A DNA stretch of 64,000 nt from Eledone cirrhosa (Eukaryota): positions 130,572,001 through 130,636,000 of the forward strand of contig OZ024742.1 of the NCBI GenBank assembly GCA_964016885.1. Direction: 5' to 3'. The notes under the pieces are model-generated. The model ran no database searches. It saw only the letters and a program-made list of their open reading frames with translations, and was not told the origin of the DNA. The position numbers and the translations under genes are program-made. Shown piece after piece: positions 61,576 to 64,000 of the stretch. The stretch's first letter is position 1, and each line of letters starts with the position of its first letter.

Positions 61576-61955
61576 CCGGGGCTGTGGGGAGGCCACAAAT
61601 ATGATTGACGGACTTGTCATTTTATCAATCAGATGTTTTTAGACATCATCCAACTAAATGTCTAAACAGTTGGGCATATAAATTCTGTGTACTGTGTACA
61701 GAGCCACCAATTGGTCCCAGGCTTTATATAACGGAAAAGTCTGTCAGTAGTGCTTTAGTCTAGTTTGTAAGCACGGTGAAACGGTATATTACAGGTATGG
61801 GTTCGAGTCACACGGGTGGCGCTGTACAAAGTTTTTCCATCTCCAGTGTTTATATCTACAACTTAGACTATTTTTTATAGTCAAACAACGCTGATGCTTC
61901 TAACATTCAAATTAAAAATAACTTCCTATAACTCAACTATGCTAAAAAATAGATT

Positions 61956-62003
<48 letters not shown>

Positions 62004-62126
62004 GAGTTAAACAAGATTCAATGAGTATATCAGAGAATGAGTTTTACATTAGATTGGAAGCACTCTACGCTAAATAATTTTCCAGAGTTATTAATATTAA
62101 AATACAAATATTAATAAAATAGATGT

Positions 62127-62154
<28 letters not shown>

Positions 62155-62168
<14 letters not shown>

Positions 62169-62400
62169 GAGAATGTCTGCCTGTCTGTCAGCTTCCTAAA
62201 ACTCGAGAACCACCCAACCGATTGTTTTCAAACTTTACACATGTAATACTTATGGTCCTGTGAGTGTTTTGAGAGAAATAATTTCAAATTATCAATGCCC
62301 TAGGGACCGCATTAGGCGATTTAGCGATATATCTCTATAATTCTCAGTCTTTCTTTTTAGATAGACACATAGATATAACGTTGCGCCCTTATAATATCTG
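62155..62400 (+). mobile_element. Non-autonomous Helitron/Helentron-like element end
   Basis: TATAAAACAGAGAATGTCTGCCTGTCTGT...CAACCGATTGTTTTCAAACTTTACACA resembles DINE/HINE-type 5' cores. Confidence 0.5.
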
Positions 62401-62423
62401 GCTGGATTACGACATTATGACGC

Positions 62424-62474
<51 letters not shown>

Positions 62475-62512
62475 ATATATGGTGTGTGTATATATATATA
62501 TATATATAGTGT

Positions 62513-62630
62513 GTAACGTTTTTCGAAATATTTCCTTCTGCGTTTAAAGATTGATTTTTTTTAGTTTCAGAAGATCCCGCTAAGGGTGAAAGCAGCGATT
62601 CTTTGCTTAAACTTTAATCTGTTATTTTAA
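62513..62630 (+). mobile_element. Penelope-like terminal fragment, same family as 39014-39365
   Basis: Inverted copy of ~63463-63580. Confidence 0.75.
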
Positions 62631-62670
<40 letters not shown>

Positions 62671-62718
62671 CATATATTAAAATATATATATACATATATA
62701 TATATACATACATATATA

Positions 62719-62836
<118 letters not shown>

Positions 62837-62869
62837 CATATATATATATACATACATATATATACATAT

Positions 62870-63232
62870 ATTAAAACACGAGAATGCTGAGGATGGCTCT
62901 GAACATTAATCAGTATACACTGAGGATGAAAAACTCAGAGCTGTATGGGAGCATCCCAAAAGTCAGCTCAAAAGTGACACAGAGGAGACTGAGGTTAGCT
63001 GGACATGCTCACCGACATCCAGAGTTGACATTGCACTCAGTACTCCTTTGGGAGCCCCTACATGGACACACTAGAAGAGGAAGACCTAGGTTAACGTATG
63101 TTGATGCCCTAAGGACAGACACTGGTCTGTTGGAGATGCAGGACATGGCAGCGATAATGAGGGACAGAGACCGCTGGAGAGAACTCGTCCATGGATCTCG
63201 GGAATTTTACCCGCCTTAGATAGATAGATAGA
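62870..63232 (+). mobile_element. RTE/RTEX-like LINE 3' fragment with (TAGA)n tail
   Basis: [39 protein letters not shown]. Confidence 0.87.
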
Positions 63233-63370
63233 TATACATATATATATATATATAGGAGTAAGTAAGACCCCGACGGCTGAGCTCAAGCCGTTTCGACGGC
63301 TAATTCTGTACTGTGCGTTATGGTCCACCTGGTTCCTTACCACTTTTCATTCGCTATATATATATATATA

Positions 63371-63880
63371 GTAATAATAATAAAATTGAAGACTAAAATC
63401 CAGAGAGGGCTCGATAAGGAAAATATATATCAAATATATAAGAACCGAAGAGCAAATATTTATTAAAATAACAGATTAAAGTTTAAGCAAAGAATCGCTG
63501 CTTTCACCCTTAACGGGATCTTCTGAAACTAATAAAGTCAATCTGTAAACGCAGAACTGGATATTTCAAAAAACGTTGCAACCGGAGGAAGACAGGAAGA
63601 CGATACTTTGGTTCATGGTGACGTTCGCTGGCAAAGAACGGGAAAAAACGAATAATACGTCATTAATAGGAGCGGTGAAAAACAATTACGTGCAAGGACA
63701 GAACCACGTTTATGGTATAAAAGAGGTCGTAGACTAATGTTCTCTAAGTGGTGCATAGAGACGTTCTCTGGCAATGAACGAAAAAACGAAGATAATAAGT
63801 CATATGTGGAGCGTGGAGAACAATAGCGTGCAAAGACAAAACCACGTAAATCTGCTATACCATTTACGTGGTTTTGTCTT
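63371..63880 (-). mobile_element. Penelope-like terminal repeat, longer copy of 39014-39292
   Basis: Near-identical to 39014-39292, then a diverged ~140-bp internal tandem repeat and a 19-bp-stem hairpin (63833-63880). Confidence 0.72.
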
Positions 63881-64000
63881 TCTTTTCTCAGGGCGAAACA
63901 GATTAAATCCCTAATCTGTCCGGGAGATATAATAGTTATTGAGGCGGTCTGTATGTATCTTATTTTATTTTATGTAAATTCCGTTTGCTTCTGATTAAAT

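Overview
Repeat-saturated, AT-rich eukaryotic (animal) DNA. The SINE families resemble octopus SINEs as I recall them, so an octopod cephalopod is the likely source (inference). I can support no intact host gene, rRNA, tRNA or CRISPR array. Almost all track ORFs are microsatellite artefacts (TA, CA, TACA, TATC, GA, GTT, CTT) or pieces of decayed transposons. The window holds a near full-length R4/Dong-like RLE LINE (19243-23358) plus fragments, and a near full-length Tx1/L1-like LINE (28610-34034) plus fragments and a mosaic copy. It also holds RTE, RTE/RTEX-like and CRE-like LINE remnants, bipartite non-autonomous RTE derivatives, several tRNA-derived SINE families, a mariner remnant, a pogo/Tigger-like MITE and a Helitron-like end. 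The main finding is that each retroelement lineage sits in its own microsatellite. Tx1-like copies are in (TATC)n, R4/Dong-like copies in (TACA)n, RTE derivatives in the opposite strand (TATG)n, and Penelope-like foldbacks in (TA)n. Ultra-short 15-45 bp 3'-end insertions inside pure repeats support targeted insertion. A second finding is a cluster of fold-back modules with hammerhead-ribozyme-like cores at 36.9-41.6 kb. A third is an unexplained CpG-rich island with ~145 bp subrepeats at 9.8-11 kb. All coordinates were read by eye and are approximate.
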